DNA of 64,000 nt from Bacilli bacterium (GCA_900767605.1 CAAFZT010000010.1:171-64170), one strand, 5' to 3'; numbered from the stretch's first letter, positions 36,700 through 45,475 are shown. Translations and numbers: made by a program. The notes: generated by a model from the sequence alone, not told the origin.

Positions 36700-37740
36700 A
36701 TGAGATTTTTTGATTTGGAAGCGGAATGCCTGCCTATTGCAGCAAAGCCAGAAGTTCAAATTTTAGTGCGTTCTATTGAGGGGTATCGTGGTTCTAATGC
36801 AAACATGCCTCGATTAAAACGTCTGAATCGTTTACACGAGCAATCTAAAAGAAAGAGCACAACCTCTTCGAACGCGATCGAATCCATTCAGGTGAGTCCA
36901 AATCGTGAAAAAGAATTACTTGAGGATCATCAAAGCCCCGTTAGCTATGAAGACTATATGCTTTTTGGGTACAACAAAGCTTTGGAACTTGTCTTCAAAA
37001 CCTATGCTTTCCAACGTCTGGACGAGGATTTTATTTGCAGGCTTCATCGCATTCTCTACGAAGATTGGAATCCGGCTTTCGGCGGGGCTTACAAAAAACA
37101 GCAAAATTATATTGTTTCTCAAGACGATAAAGCGAATTCCCGCGTGGTATTTGCTCCGCCCAGTCCAGAAGAAGTGCGTGGCTTGATGGGAAATTTGCTC
37201 TATCAGTTTGATCTTCAAATGTCGAACCCCGTCACGGATCGATTGGTGGCGATTGCCAATTTCATTCTTCATTTCGTCTGCATTCATCCCTTTTCGGATG
37301 GAAATGGCCGCGTATCCAGGCTTTTAACGACTTTTTTGCTTTTAAAGTACGGATATGAACTCGATTTGTATTACCCGTTATCCTATTTGATCCTCCGCCA
37401 TTTAGATGGCTACTATGACTCGCTGTATCAAGGTGGCTTAAATTGGAACGAAGGGAAAAACGATTCCACGCCCTTCGTGGTTTACCTTTTGGGACGGATT
37501 TTAGAAGGGTATCGGAAATTGACTTACATGACCTCCATCAACGGGATGGAAGGAACTTGTCCGGAAAAAGTGCTTAAGGCGGTGACGGATTCGGATTTGC
37601 CTATTTCTAAAGCCGGTTTGGAAGAAATTTTATTCCGCTACACCAGGAACAGCATTGAAAAAGCCCTGAAGGAATTATTGGCCCAGAAGAAAATCCGCTT
37701 AGTTCAATCGGGCCGGTACGCGAAATACTTTCGAGTCTAA
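36700..37740 (+). CDS. Fic family protein
   Basis: Has the canonical Fic motif HPFSDGNGRVSRLL and a C-terminal wHTH-like tail. Confidence 0.9.
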   Translation: MRFFDLEAECLPIAAKPEVQILVRSIEGYRGSNANMPRLKRLNRLHEQSKRKSTTSSNAIESIQVSPNREKELLEDHQSPVSYEDYMLFGYNKALELVFKTYAFQRLDEDFICRLHRILYEDWNPAFGGAYKKQQNYIVSQDDKANSRVVFAPPSPEEVRGLMGNLLYQFDLQMSNPVTDRLVAIANFILHFVCIHPFSDGNGRVSRLLTTFLLLKYGYELDLYYPLSYLILRHLDGYYDSLYQGGLNWNEGKNDSTPFVVYLLGRILEGYRKLTYMTSINGMEGTCPEKVLKAVTDSDLPISKAGLEEILFRYTRNSIEKALKELLAQKKIRLVQSGRYAKYFRV

Positions 37741-37806
37741 AAACCCATTCTTTTAACGAATTTTCTTATTGTTCCAATAAAAACACGTTTAGAATCGTAT
37801 TCACTT

Positions 37807-38349
37807 ATGATGAACGAGCAGGAGAAGAAATTGCAATCGTACCTTCCTGCCTTCCAAAAGAAGGATTTTTCCTCGTTCACCGAATTCTATGAAGAGGCCA
37901 AACGGCCGATCTTCTATAACATCTACGCCTTGACGAAATCGCGGGAGGATTCCGAAGACATCCTCCAAGCGACATTCGTCCGCTTCCTCGAAACGGTGGA
38001 TGAAGTTAAACCAGGTGCTTCCATTATGGGCTACCTGATGGTCATCAGCCGTAACCTCGCCCTCGATTCCCTGAAAAAGAAGAAACACGATTACCTAACG
38101 GATGAAGATTGGGATACCCAAGGGCGAGAAGAAGACCGAAGCAGCAACCTCGACGCGGAACGACTGTTAGAGAGAATCCAGGGCATCCTAAAGGACAAGG
38201 AATTCGAAATCTTCGTCCTCCACGTGATGAACGAGATGTCGTTCCAAGAAATCGCTGAGTGGAAGAAGCGACCCCTCGGCACCATCCTCTGGTCCTATTC
38301 CAATTCGCTTAAGAAAATCAGAAAGGAGATTCCCTATGAAACGGTTTGA
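37807..38349 (+). CDS. ECF-type RNA polymerase sigma factor
   Basis: 180 aa with region 2 (EDSEDILQATFVRFLE) and region 4 (MSFQEIAEWKKRPLGTILWSYSNSLKKI). Confidence 0.85.
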   Translation: MMNEQEKKLQSYLPAFQKKDFSSFTEFYEEAKRPIFYNIYALTKSREDSEDILQATFVRFLETVDEVKPGASIMGYLMVISRNLALDSLKKKKHDYLTDEDWDTQGREEDRSSNLDAERLLERIQGILKDKEFEIFVLHVMNEMSFQEIAEWKKRPLGTILWSYSNSLKKIRKEIPYETV

Positions 38350-39427
38350 AGAAGATAAGAAAATCGTAAACGCGGTTCAAGAAAACGAAAATTACCAAAT
38401 CAAGACGACCGCGGATTCGATTCTCGCCGCCTATGAAAAGCGTCAGCGGGCCAGCAAACCTATCCCCTCCTTCATGCCCAAAAAGAAGAAAACGGGTTGG
38501 TTCGTCGGCGTTCCTCTTGTTGGAGCTTTAACGGCCGCCGGCATCTGCCTTGGCATTTTCCTTCATCCCTCTTCTCCCTCCTCCCCGGTTCCCTATGCGC
38601 CGGATAATTCGCCGACGGTTCTTCGCGAACTTGTTTCTTTCGCCTCCTTTAACGGCGGTCAATCTTCTTCCCTTGCTCCCAAAGCCAAGAAATTAAACCT
38701 ATTGTCGGAGACGGAAGACTATTTAGAACCATTGAAGAAAGCTGCATCCAGATTGGATGAGTATTTTGATTTCTTCACCTCTTGCTATGAATTCACCCCG
38801 AACGATTTGCAGATCACCAGCGAGAAGCTCAAAGAGCCCTATACCTTAAAAGACGAGTCCTATGATTACGTCAGTCATTATTCTTATTTAAATAAAGAAG
38901 TCTTCTCGTTCTATTACGGGGATTTGAGTTCTATGGAGAATCCAACGTCCTCCACCTTCTCTGGCGTCTTTGTCCAAGGGGATTCTTCTTATAAGACGAC
39001 AATCAAGAAAGAAGTAGAAAAGGAAGAAAACGAAATCGAAGAAGAAATTTCGATGGAATTCGTGAATACTTCCTTCCCCTGGGATGTCTTCGTGGTTGAA
39101 AAAGCCAACGAGACGGAAGAAGGGGAAAGCGAGAATTCCTTCTGCTTAAAAAAATATTTAGGAATAGACGCGTTAACCCGGGAAGATCCTACTGTCTCGT
39201 TCACTTATGAATTTGAATGCGATGAAGAAGGCACGGAGACTTCCTTTGAAATCCAAGTGGGCAACAACGAATTCTCCTTCGAACATATTACTTATTCTCA
39301 AAATGTCTATACCTTCGACGTGGAAGTGAAGATTCCGCCTGTAGAAATCACGTTTAAGGAAGTGAAAGTCTATGTTGGGGATGCTACAAGAAGCTATATC
39401 TACAATTCCCAAAAAATAAATTTCTAA
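38336..39427 (+). CDS. putative anti-sigma / single-pass membrane protein
   Basis: Overlaps the sigma gene stop. It has one TM helix (WFVGVPLVGALTAAGICLGIFL) after a short cytoplasmic N-terminus. Confidence 0.55.
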   Translation: MKRFEEDKKIVNAVQENENYQIKTTADSILAAYEKRQRASKPIPSFMPKKKKTGWFVGVPLVGALTAAGICLGIFLHPSSPSSPVPYAPDNSPTVLRELVSFASFNGGQSSSLAPKAKKLNLLSETEDYLEPLKKAASRLDEYFDFFTSCYEFTPNDLQITSEKLKEPYTLKDESYDYVSHYSYLNKEVFSFYYGDLSSMENPTSSTFSGVFVQGDSSYKTTIKKEVEKEENEIEEEISMEFVNTSFPWDVFVVEKANETEEGESENSFCLKKYLGIDALTREDPTVSFTYEFECDEEGTETSFEIQVGNNEFSFEHITYSQNVYTFDVEVKIPPVEITFKEVKVYVGDATRSYIYNSQKINF

Positions 39428-39505
39428 AAAATTTTCCAAAAATTCCAATAAAAGGTTTTTCCCGCTCGTATTTATAGGTGAAAGCACCAAAAGGAGAAAC
39501 CTAAA

Positions 39506-40414
39506 ATGAAAAAGAAAATTGTGCTCATGACGATGATGACCGCCGCTGCCGCTGGGGTCATGCTTGCAGGATGCAATGGAGGAGCGACCCCTGCTGCTCA
39601 AACTCCGGAGGACACCATGGCCCTCCAAGCCGCCTCTGCGATTCAACAGGCCGCTGTCCTTGCCCCGTCCGCGGGACTTCGTGCCGCTGTCCTTCCCTCG
39701 CTTGATTTCAACTTCAACCTCTCGATGGAAGGAATCCTTCCGACCCTCGATCTCTTCTTGGAGAATGGATTCCAAGTCAATTCGAAAAAAGTCGAAGGCG
39801 AATTCGAATCTAATGGAGTGACCTATCACTTCCAAGAAACCATTTCCTACACGGATACCGCTGGTGAAGAAAAGACCTACACCCTTCTTTACAACATGAC
39901 CGGTTCGAAAACGGAAACCGAAGAGGATGAAACGGAAGTCACCACCAATTTTGAAGGTGTTGCGACGATCAATGAAAACACCACTTGGAAATTTAGCAGC
40001 ACGATCAAAGCCGAAACCGAAGGCAAAGACAGCGAATCCAGCGTCGATTTCACCCTTTGGACCGGTGCAAATTCCTATATCGCCGTTACCCAAGAACACG
40101 AAATTGAAGAAGGCGAAGCCGAAATGGAATTCGCGTATCGCGTTGTTTCTAACGGCGTGACCGTGAATGCCTTCAAGATCGGCATCGAAACCGAAGGCGA
40201 ATCCCACAAGATTGAATATGAAATCGGCGGACTCGAATTCGAGATGGAGAAGCGCGTCGATAAAGAATCTGGCGAGACCCTCTATTGTGTCTCTCTTGAG
40301 ACGGAAAGTGGCAAAGAGGCCAAAGCAGCGTTCCGCAAAGTCGTCGACGAAAACGGCAACGTCTCGTACTCGCTCGTCTTCGACTACAGCAACAATAACT
40401 CCAGCAGCAAATAA
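39506..40414 (+). CDS. lipoprotein, function unknown
   Basis: Has the lipobox MLAGCNGG and is E/T-rich. Confidence 0.6.
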   Translation: MKKKIVLMTMMTAAAAGVMLAGCNGGATPAAQTPEDTMALQAASAIQQAAVLAPSAGLRAAVLPSLDFNFNLSMEGILPTLDLFLENGFQVNSKKVEGEFESNGVTYHFQETISYTDTAGEEKTYTLLYNMTGSKTETEEDETEVTTNFEGVATINENTTWKFSSTIKAETEGKDSESSVDFTLWTGANSYIAVTQEHEIEEGEAEMEFAYRVVSNGVTVNAFKIGIETEGESHKIEYEIGGLEFEMEKRVDKESGETLYCVSLETESGKEAKAAFRKVVDENGNVSYSLVFDYSNNNSSSK

Positions 40415-40464
40415 GACCGATTCTCGGCAGGGGACCTCGCATGGGCGGGGTCCTTTTCCTTGTT

Positions 40465-40740
40465 TCAGGATGTATGGGCGGAAATCGTCTTCTTTTCCAG
40501 GGATTCCATGTCGTTGTTTTGAATCATGAATTGTTCTGCTTTTCGAAAGTCGATTGTCGCCTTTAAAAAATCCAGGCACTGCACTGGTAATCCTAAGTAG
40601 ACATTTGTACCAGGAAAAGTGCACGCCGGGATGCGACTGTCGAAAGGAGAACTTCTTGATGAACCAACAGCAAAAACTTCTCGTTAGAAAGCAACTTCGC
40701 CCTCAAGAACCACTTTGTAAGGTGCAAAAAAGTTTGCGGT
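40465..40740 (-). pseudogene. decayed toxN paralogue (C-terminal third only)
   Basis: DNA at 40517-40576 parallels 41231-41289. The translation gives PGF.KATIDFRKAEQFMIQNNDMESLEKK, plus LLSNE...H upstream, only after at least 2 frame changes. Confidence 0.65.
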
Positions 40741-40757
40741 TCCTTTTACTTTCCGTG

Positions 40758-41090
40758 TTATTCGTCAGCCTTGCCGGAAACGTCTTTCAGGTAATAGCCA
40801 CCTGTCTTTTTTGATCCTCTGAGCTCAATATAATTTTTCAGTTCTCTTTTTATCGAGTTCCTGATCATCTCAATCGTTATCTTTTCGCCACCTTCCGAAA
40901 GGATTTCATATATTCTGCCGGCCTTTATCCCAGGGTTGCTCTCCACCGTCCTTATGATGGACAATCCAAGCTTGCTTATTTGGTCATTTATTTGGTCATT
41001 GTAGTTGAGGCTAGGAAAATACACGATGAAGAAGTTCTCGCTGTCGCAAAATACGGAATCCCTGCCAGCGCCCTTATAAGCATTAGGACT
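40758..41090 (-). pseudogene. truncated C-terminal wHTH fragment of a larger regulator/ATPase
   Basis: The frame is open to 41090 but has no ATG or SD. ...NPGIKAGRIYEIL...ELRGSKKTGGYYLK looks like the tail of AlbA_2/HATPase_c_4-type proteins. Confidence 0.4.
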
Positions 41091-41172
41091 CTAGGTACCC
41101 AGTCTCGTAATTCTCCGTAAGGTGACAAAGTAATCGGCGCCCCACATTTAATGAAAAGAGTCCCCTTTTTTC

Positions 41173-41778
41173 TTACTTCAGGACGAAGGATTGCAGTTTG
41201 TTTTTCTCTATAAGCGTCTCGCCGTCGTAGTTCTGAATCATAAATTCTTCCACCTTTTTAAAATCGACGGTTGCCTTTAAAAATCCAGGTACTTTTCTTC
41301 CGGACCAATAAGTCCGATTCTTTTCATTGATTTTGTATCGATAAACCCAATTTGCCTTTTTTACGATGAAGTCTTTGTGTTCATCAATCCATCGAGCCTC
41401 ATTTGACAGAAGCTGCCCGTAATTGTTGCCTTCTGGGTCTGAGAGGCGGGTGTATTTGCTTAAAGAAATCTCTTGGATTTGACTTAGTGGGACTGGAATC
41501 ATGTTGTTAAGCAAAACTTTTCCTAAAAATGTTCCATTTTGGTGAACCATTCGAAGGATTGTTTGGGTGGATGGCTTCAGTTTGCCATCTTCCCCATAAT
41601 CTCTAGGGTCCTTTGAAGAGAGGGGAAGGAAGTAGTGAAAGGGTTCGATAAAGACAAGAAAACCAACATAGGGACGGTTGTGTTTTCGGTCATTTTCGTG
41701 ATTGGACAAAACCCTGTGATCGATGGCGGAAAGTCGCGAAATGTATTCGTCGGACACGGAAAAAAGATGAATGCTCAT
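41173..41778 (-). CDS. toxN: ToxN/AbiQ-family type III toxin (endoribonuclease)
   Basis: 201 aa with an AAGGAG SD. LFSVSDEYISRLSAIDHRV, RPYVGFLVFIEPFHYFLPLSSKD and LLNNMIPVP align with ToxN/AbiQ. A repeat array and terminator lie immediately upstream. Confidence 0.85.
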   Translation of the reverse strand: MSIHLFSVSDEYISRLSAIDHRVLSNHENDRKHNRPYVGFLVFIEPFHYFLPLSSKDPRDYGEDGKLKPSTQTILRMVHQNGTFLGKVLLNNMIPVPLSQIQEISLSKYTRLSDPEGNNYGQLLSNEARWIDEHKDFIVKKANWVYRYKINEKNRTYWSGRKVPGFLKATVDFKKVEEFMIQNYDGETLIEKNKLQSFVLK

Positions 41779-41800
41779 ACCTTGAATGGCTCCTTTCAGG

Positions 41801-41853
41801 CAAAAAGAAAAGCGGGGATATGCAATTCTCTTAAGATGATGATATTTCCCCGC
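41801..41853 (-). terminator. terminator between the antitoxin array and toxN
   Basis: In RNA sense, a GCGGGGA...UCCCCGC stem is followed by UUUUCUUUUU. Confidence 0.65.
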
Positions 41854-41855
41854 TT

Positions 41856-41933
41856 GATTTTAAAGCTCCGCACTATGTGGCAGCGGCCGTCCAAGATTTT
41901 AAAGCTCCGCACTATGTGGCAGCGGCCGTCCAA
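41856..41933 (-). ncRNA. toxI: proximal type III antitoxin array, 2 x 39 nt identical units
   Basis: gattttaaagctccgcactatgtggcagcggccgtccaa occurs twice head-to-tail on the plus strand. The array is on the same strand as toxN and upstream of it. Confidence 0.75.
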
Positions 41934-41960
41934 GATTTTGCAAGTTTCCTTGCGACTTCT

Positions 41961-41988
41961 ATTTTAGAGCATTTCTCCCTATCGTCAA
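41961..41988 (-). promoter_or_regulatory. promoter of the proximal array
   Basis: Minus strand TTGACG-16 nt-TAAAAT, followed by a GCAAG-GAAA-CTTGC leader hairpin (41934-41960). Confidence 0.6.
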
Positions 41989-42030
41989 TACCCCCTGGCG
42001 AAAAATTTTTGCTCACGGTTTTATCGAAAA

Positions 42031-42072
42031 AAGAAAAGCGGGGGATCATCACCCTTTTTAGAGGACGTCCCC
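42031..42072 (-). terminator. degenerate copy of the array terminator module
   Basis: Shares aaaagaaaagcgggg(g)a with 41804-41818. Only a 5-bp stem remains, followed by a U-tract. Confidence 0.35.
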
Positions 42073-42076
42073 ACCT

Positions 42077-42190
42077 GATTTTAAAGCTCCGCTTTGTACG
42101 GCGACGGATACCGAGATTTTAAAGCTCCACATTGTACGGCGGTGGATGCCGGGATTTTAAAACTCCGATTTATACGGCGACGGATACCGA
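42077..42190 (-). ncRNA. distal antitoxin-like array, 3 x 38 nt diverged units
   Basis: The units span 42077-42114, 42115-42152 and 42153-42190. They share the gattttaaa(g/a)ctcc end with the proximal units, but the remainder differs. Confidence 0.7.
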
Positions 42191-42217
42191 GATTTTGCAA
42201 GTTTCCTTGCGCTTTCT

Positions 42218-42245
42218 ATTTTATGGCGGTTTTTCTTATCGTCAA
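42218..42245 (-). promoter_or_regulatory. promoter of the distal array
   Basis: Minus strand TTGACG-16 nt-TAAAAT, with the same leader hairpin as the proximal module. Confidence 0.6.
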
Positions 42246-42289
42246 TAGTCCTAAGCAAAAACTGTCATTATGACGTTATTTGTTTCCGG

Positions 42290-42772
42290 TTAATTCCACC
42301 ACTCCACGCGGACTTCGTCAAAATAAGCGCGGACTTTCGGGGAAGGATCCACGTAGATTTCCCTCATGTGGTCCATTACATCTTCGGGAACCCATTTCTC
42401 CTTGGGACGCATCTTGTTTTGCTTATAGCAGAGCGAATAATCGTGCATCTTTACCATGAACAGAATGGCTTTGTCATAACCATGAATCCGCTTCATGTAA
42501 TATTCCCGACGATAATCATCGAGAAAGATAGAATCTTCAATGACCGTGCATTCTTGGCCTTCGTAGGCCTTAAAGATTTCGTTGGTTTCGCGAATCATCT
42601 CGTCGAAGATGATTTCCATTTTCGGTGGGAACACCAAATAGGACCCCATGATTTTCTTTCTCGTTTCATCGGTATCGACGATGAAAACGTTCGGGTGTTC
42701 CTTTTGGTATTTTTTGCACCAAGTGGATTTCCCTGACCCCGGGATTCCCGCCATTAAAATTAACGTATGCAT
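42290..42772 (-). CDS. P-loop kinase-like ATPase (AAA_33/zeta-like fold)
   Basis: Has ILMAGIPGSGKST (Walker A). It is 160 aa and lies 5 nt downstream of the last permease gene. Confidence 0.65.
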   Translation of the reverse strand: MHTLILMAGIPGSGKSTWCKKYQKEHPNVFIVDTDETRKKIMGSYLVFPPKMEIIFDEMIRETNEIFKAYEGQECTVIEDSIFLDDYRREYYMKRIHGYDKAILFMVKMHDYSLCYKQNKMRPKEKWVPEDVMDHMREIYVDPSPKVRAYFDEVRVEWWN

Positions 42773-42777
42773 AGGAA

Positions 42778-43716
42778 TTAAACGAGTTTTTTACGGAGAT
42801 AGGAGGAGAGCAAGTTGATGCCAACAACCAAAATCACGATGCCGAAGATACAGGCTCCTAAAGCATGGTAATGGGTGCTTTGGATGGAGAGGTAATAACC
42901 AATTCCACCTTCTAGGCCAAGGACAACGCCTAAAATGGTCGCGGTACGGATATTGATGTCGAAGCGATATAAGGCAACCGATAGTAGACCCGGTAAAGCC
43001 TGGGGCATAACGGCAAGGTGGATGGCCTGCCATTTGGAGGCACCACCGCTATAAATGCCCTCCAAGGGTCCCATCTCAATCCCATCGATTTGATCGGCGT
43101 AGAGTTTGCCAATCATCCCAATCGAATGGATGCCGATGACTAAGACGCCGGAAAGGAAGGAGTAGCCGGAGAAGCGGATTAATAAAATCGCGAATACGAG
43201 TTCGGGGAAGGTGCGGATGACGATGAGGATAATCTCGCTGATCCACGCCCATTTGCCGAATAGCTTATGGGAAGCTAGTAACCCAAAGGGAATCGCGATT
43301 AACGAAGCGATGAAGGTTCCGATATAGGCGATTCCAAACGTCTTGATGATCATGTAGATAACCGATTCGGTGAATTCGTATTCCCCAAACCCGAAGAAGA
43401 TTTGCCAGAAGGTGGGATGGCTTAAATCAAATAGCATCCCAATGCTTTTGAATCCCTCGCCAAAATTGCCCCCGATGTTGGAGAGGTAATAATTCATGTC
43501 CAAATCAAAATGGACGTAGGTCAGAGCGCAGAGCAAAGCAAAACCGAATAGGATCAAGAGAATCCAGTTCTGTGGGCGTCTCGCGTAAGCTTCGTCCGTG
43601 GATTCATAATGCTTGGGCTTTTTTAAAGAAACCTCGTCAATAATCATCATGACGATGGCTAGAACTAAGAAGATGAGTCCCGTATAACCGGATATAGATT
43701 TAAAGATATCGTTCAT
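42778..43716 (-). CDS. phnE: phosphonate-type ABC transporter permease
   Basis: Polytopic membrane protein whose C-terminal half is typical of PhnE (...ALYRFDINIRTATILGVVLG..GGIG). An ATGA overlap links it to the upstream gene. Confidence 0.75.
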   Translation of the reverse strand: MNDIFKSISGYTGLIFLVLAIVMMIIDEVSLKKPKHYESTDEAYARRPQNWILLILFGFALLCALTYVHFDLDMNYYLSNIGGNFGEGFKSIGMLFDLSHPTFWQIFFGFGEYEFTESVIYMIIKTFGIAYIGTFIASLIAIPFGLLASHKLFGKWAWISEIILIVIRTFPELVFAILLIRFSGYSFLSGVLVIGIHSIGMIGKLYADQIDGIEMGPLEGIYSGGASKWQAIHLAVMPQALPGLLSVALYRFDINIRTATILGVVLGLEGGIGYYLSIQSTHYHALGACIFGIVILVVGINLLSSYLRKKLV

Positions 43717-44666
43717 CTGGATTTCCTCGACAAGATATTGGAAACGACTTGAAGCAAGATGACTTCGATGAACAAGGGGATAAGCAAAGCCCCGATGCAG
43801 TCATAATGGGATTCGCCGAATTCCTGCTGCAGCAAATACCCGTATCCGCCTGCTCCGACGTAACCTAAAATCACGGAAGCGCGGATATTGATTTCGAAGG
43901 TATAAAGGAAGTTTGCAAAAAACATCGGGAGGATTTCAGGGTGCAATCCTAGGTGGATGCACTGAAGGAGTCCGCCGCCATTGGAACGAATCGCTTCAAA
44001 GGGCGACATCTCCAAGGTCTCGATGAATTCATACATGAGCTGATACATGATGCCCAAGGTGAAGACGGCGATCGAAGCGATACCCGTCACGATGTTGGGC
44101 CCGAAGAAGAAGCGGAGGAAGATGGCCATGACCATCTGAGGGATCGTGCGCAGCAAGGCGTTGAAGATGCGGAAGGGCTGGTAGACCGCGGGTTTATGGG
44201 TGATGTTACGAGCGCAAAGGTAGAAAACCGGAATCGAGATGACCGATCCAATTAACGTCCCGATAAAGCACATCTCCGTCGTGGACCAAATCGTGGGAAC
44301 GGCTTTGTTCCAAAGGTAATTCCAATATCCTGCAGAGTCGACAAGCGAATTCTTGTTCGGGGTGAATAAAGAAGAGAATAGTCCTCCGATTTCGTCCCAA
44401 TGCAAAACGGTTTTGGAATCATAATTTACTGTGAAGAAGCAGGCGATGAAAAGAATCAAGGCGATCGAAGCTCCTGCAATGGGGAAAATCGGACGTTTCT
44501 TGCGAATCGTTCTCACCATCGACCCGTCTTGTGCGGGGGAGATATCCAAGGTTTGGTTGTAATAGAAAAGGGAATCCCATTTTTCTTTTCGGGCTTTTTT
44601 CTTTTCTTCCTTTTGCTGGACCTTCTTGGCCTGCTCCAGGATTTCTTCTTGGGTTTTCGGCTTCAT
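43713..44666 (-). CDS. phnE: phosphonate-type ABC transporter permease
   Basis: Has ...FLYTFEINIRASVILGYVGAGGYG. Start trimmed to MKPKTQEE with a GAGGGG SD. Confidence 0.75.
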   Translation of the reverse strand: MKPKTQEEILEQAKKVQQKEEKKKARKEKWDSLFYYNQTLDISPAQDGSMVRTIRKKRPIFPIAGASIALILFIACFFTVNYDSKTVLHWDEIGGLFSSLFTPNKNSLVDSAGYWNYLWNKAVPTIWSTTEMCFIGTLIGSVISIPVFYLCARNITHKPAVYQPFRIFNALLRTIPQMVMAIFLRFFFGPNIVTGIASIAVFTLGIMYQLMYEFIETLEMSPFEAIRSNGGGLLQCIHLGLHPEILPMFFANFLYTFEINIRASVILGYVGAGGYGYLLQQEFGESHYDCIGALLIPLFIEVILLQVVSNILSRKSR

Positions 44667-44673
44667 AATCCCC

Positions 44674-45447
44674 TCATTTCTCAAGGGAACCGCTTAAGGT
44701 TTCGTTGGAATTCAAAGCGCGCCCATAAATGGTCTTGATGACTTCGTCATTGACCTCTTCTGGTTTGCCGTCAAAAACAATTTGTCCTCCTTTAACCCCG
44801 ATGATGCGGGTGGAATATTTTTTGGCGATGTCCACGTGGTGCATGTTCGCTAGAATCGTGATGCCCATTTGGTTGATGCGGGTGAAGTCTTCCATGACCG
44901 ACAAGGTGGTCACGGGGTCCAAGGAAGCGACCGGTTCATCCGCGAGGATTAAACGGGGCTCCTGGGTTAAGGCACGGGCTAAGGCAACGCGTTGCTGCTG
45001 GCCGCCAGAAAGCTGGTCGGCACGGACATAGGCCTTATCCAAAATCCCTAGTTTATCCAGGGAACGTAAGGCCAGCATCTTTTCTTCTTTGCTATATAAG
45101 CCAAGGAAAGTGGCAAACCAATTATGATAGCCAACACGCCCTGCTAAAACGTTCTTGAAAACGGTAGAACGCTTTACCAGATTGAAGGACTGGAAAATCA
45201 TTCCAATGCCCCTTCGTTCCATCCGCAAGGCCTTGCCCCGTAGTTTGGAGATATCCACCCCATCTACGAGCAATTCTCCCCCTTGGATATCGTGCATGCG
45301 GTTCACGCAGCGGATCAACGTGCTTTTTCCCGCGCCCGATAACCCAATGATCGAGACGAACTCCCCATCATTAATTGTCAAATTGACATCAGAGAGGGCT
45401 TTATATCCATTCGGATAGACTTTATCGACGTGTTTGAATTCAACCAT
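44674..45447 (-). CDS. phnC: phosphonate-type ABC transporter ATP-binding protein
   Basis: Has [28 protein letters not shown] and [12 protein letters not shown]. Confidence 0.85.
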   Translation of the reverse strand: MVEFKHVDKVYPNGYKALSDVNLTINDGEFVSIIGLSGAGKSTLIRCVNRMHDIQGGELLVDGVDISKLRGKALRMERRGIGMIFQSFNLVKRSTVFKNVLAGRVGYHNWFATFLGLYSKEEKMLALRSLDKLGILDKAYVRADQLSGGQQQRVALARALTQEPRLILADEPVASLDPVTTLSVMEDFTRINQMGITILANMHHVDIAKKYSTRIIGVKGGQIVFDGKPEEVNDEVIKTIYGRALNSNETLSGSLEK

Positions 45448-45475
45448 AGGTACACCACCCTTTAATTGTGCCTAA

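Noticed and set aside
39173-40624. 483-aa minus-strand ORF, one of the longest in the region
   Set aside because: It runs antisense to two well-supported plus-strand genes (the anti-sigma-like protein with a TM helix and the lipoprotein with a lipobox). Its sequence is low-complexity (F/R/G-rich), as expected from reading GAA/GAC-rich codons backwards. Its last ~50 codons are explained instead by the toxN remnant in another frame.
40554-40814. 86-aa plus-strand ORF between the lipoprotein and the wHTH fragment
   Set aside because: It overlaps the toxN remnant on the opposite strand, has a non-ATG start and no SD, and its sequence has no recognisable features.
41635-42122. Small plus-strand ORFs 41635-41967 and 41877-42122 across the repeat region
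   Set aside because: Their 'proteins' are just translations of the tandem RNA repeats (repeated ...MWQRPSKILKLRT...). The region is better explained as minus-strand antitoxin arrays with promoters and terminators.
41856-42190. A CRISPR array interpretation of the 38-39 nt repeats
   Set aside because: The units abut head-to-tail with no spacers, there are only 2 + 3 copies, and no cas genes are present. A ToxN/AbiQ-like gene follows on the same strand.
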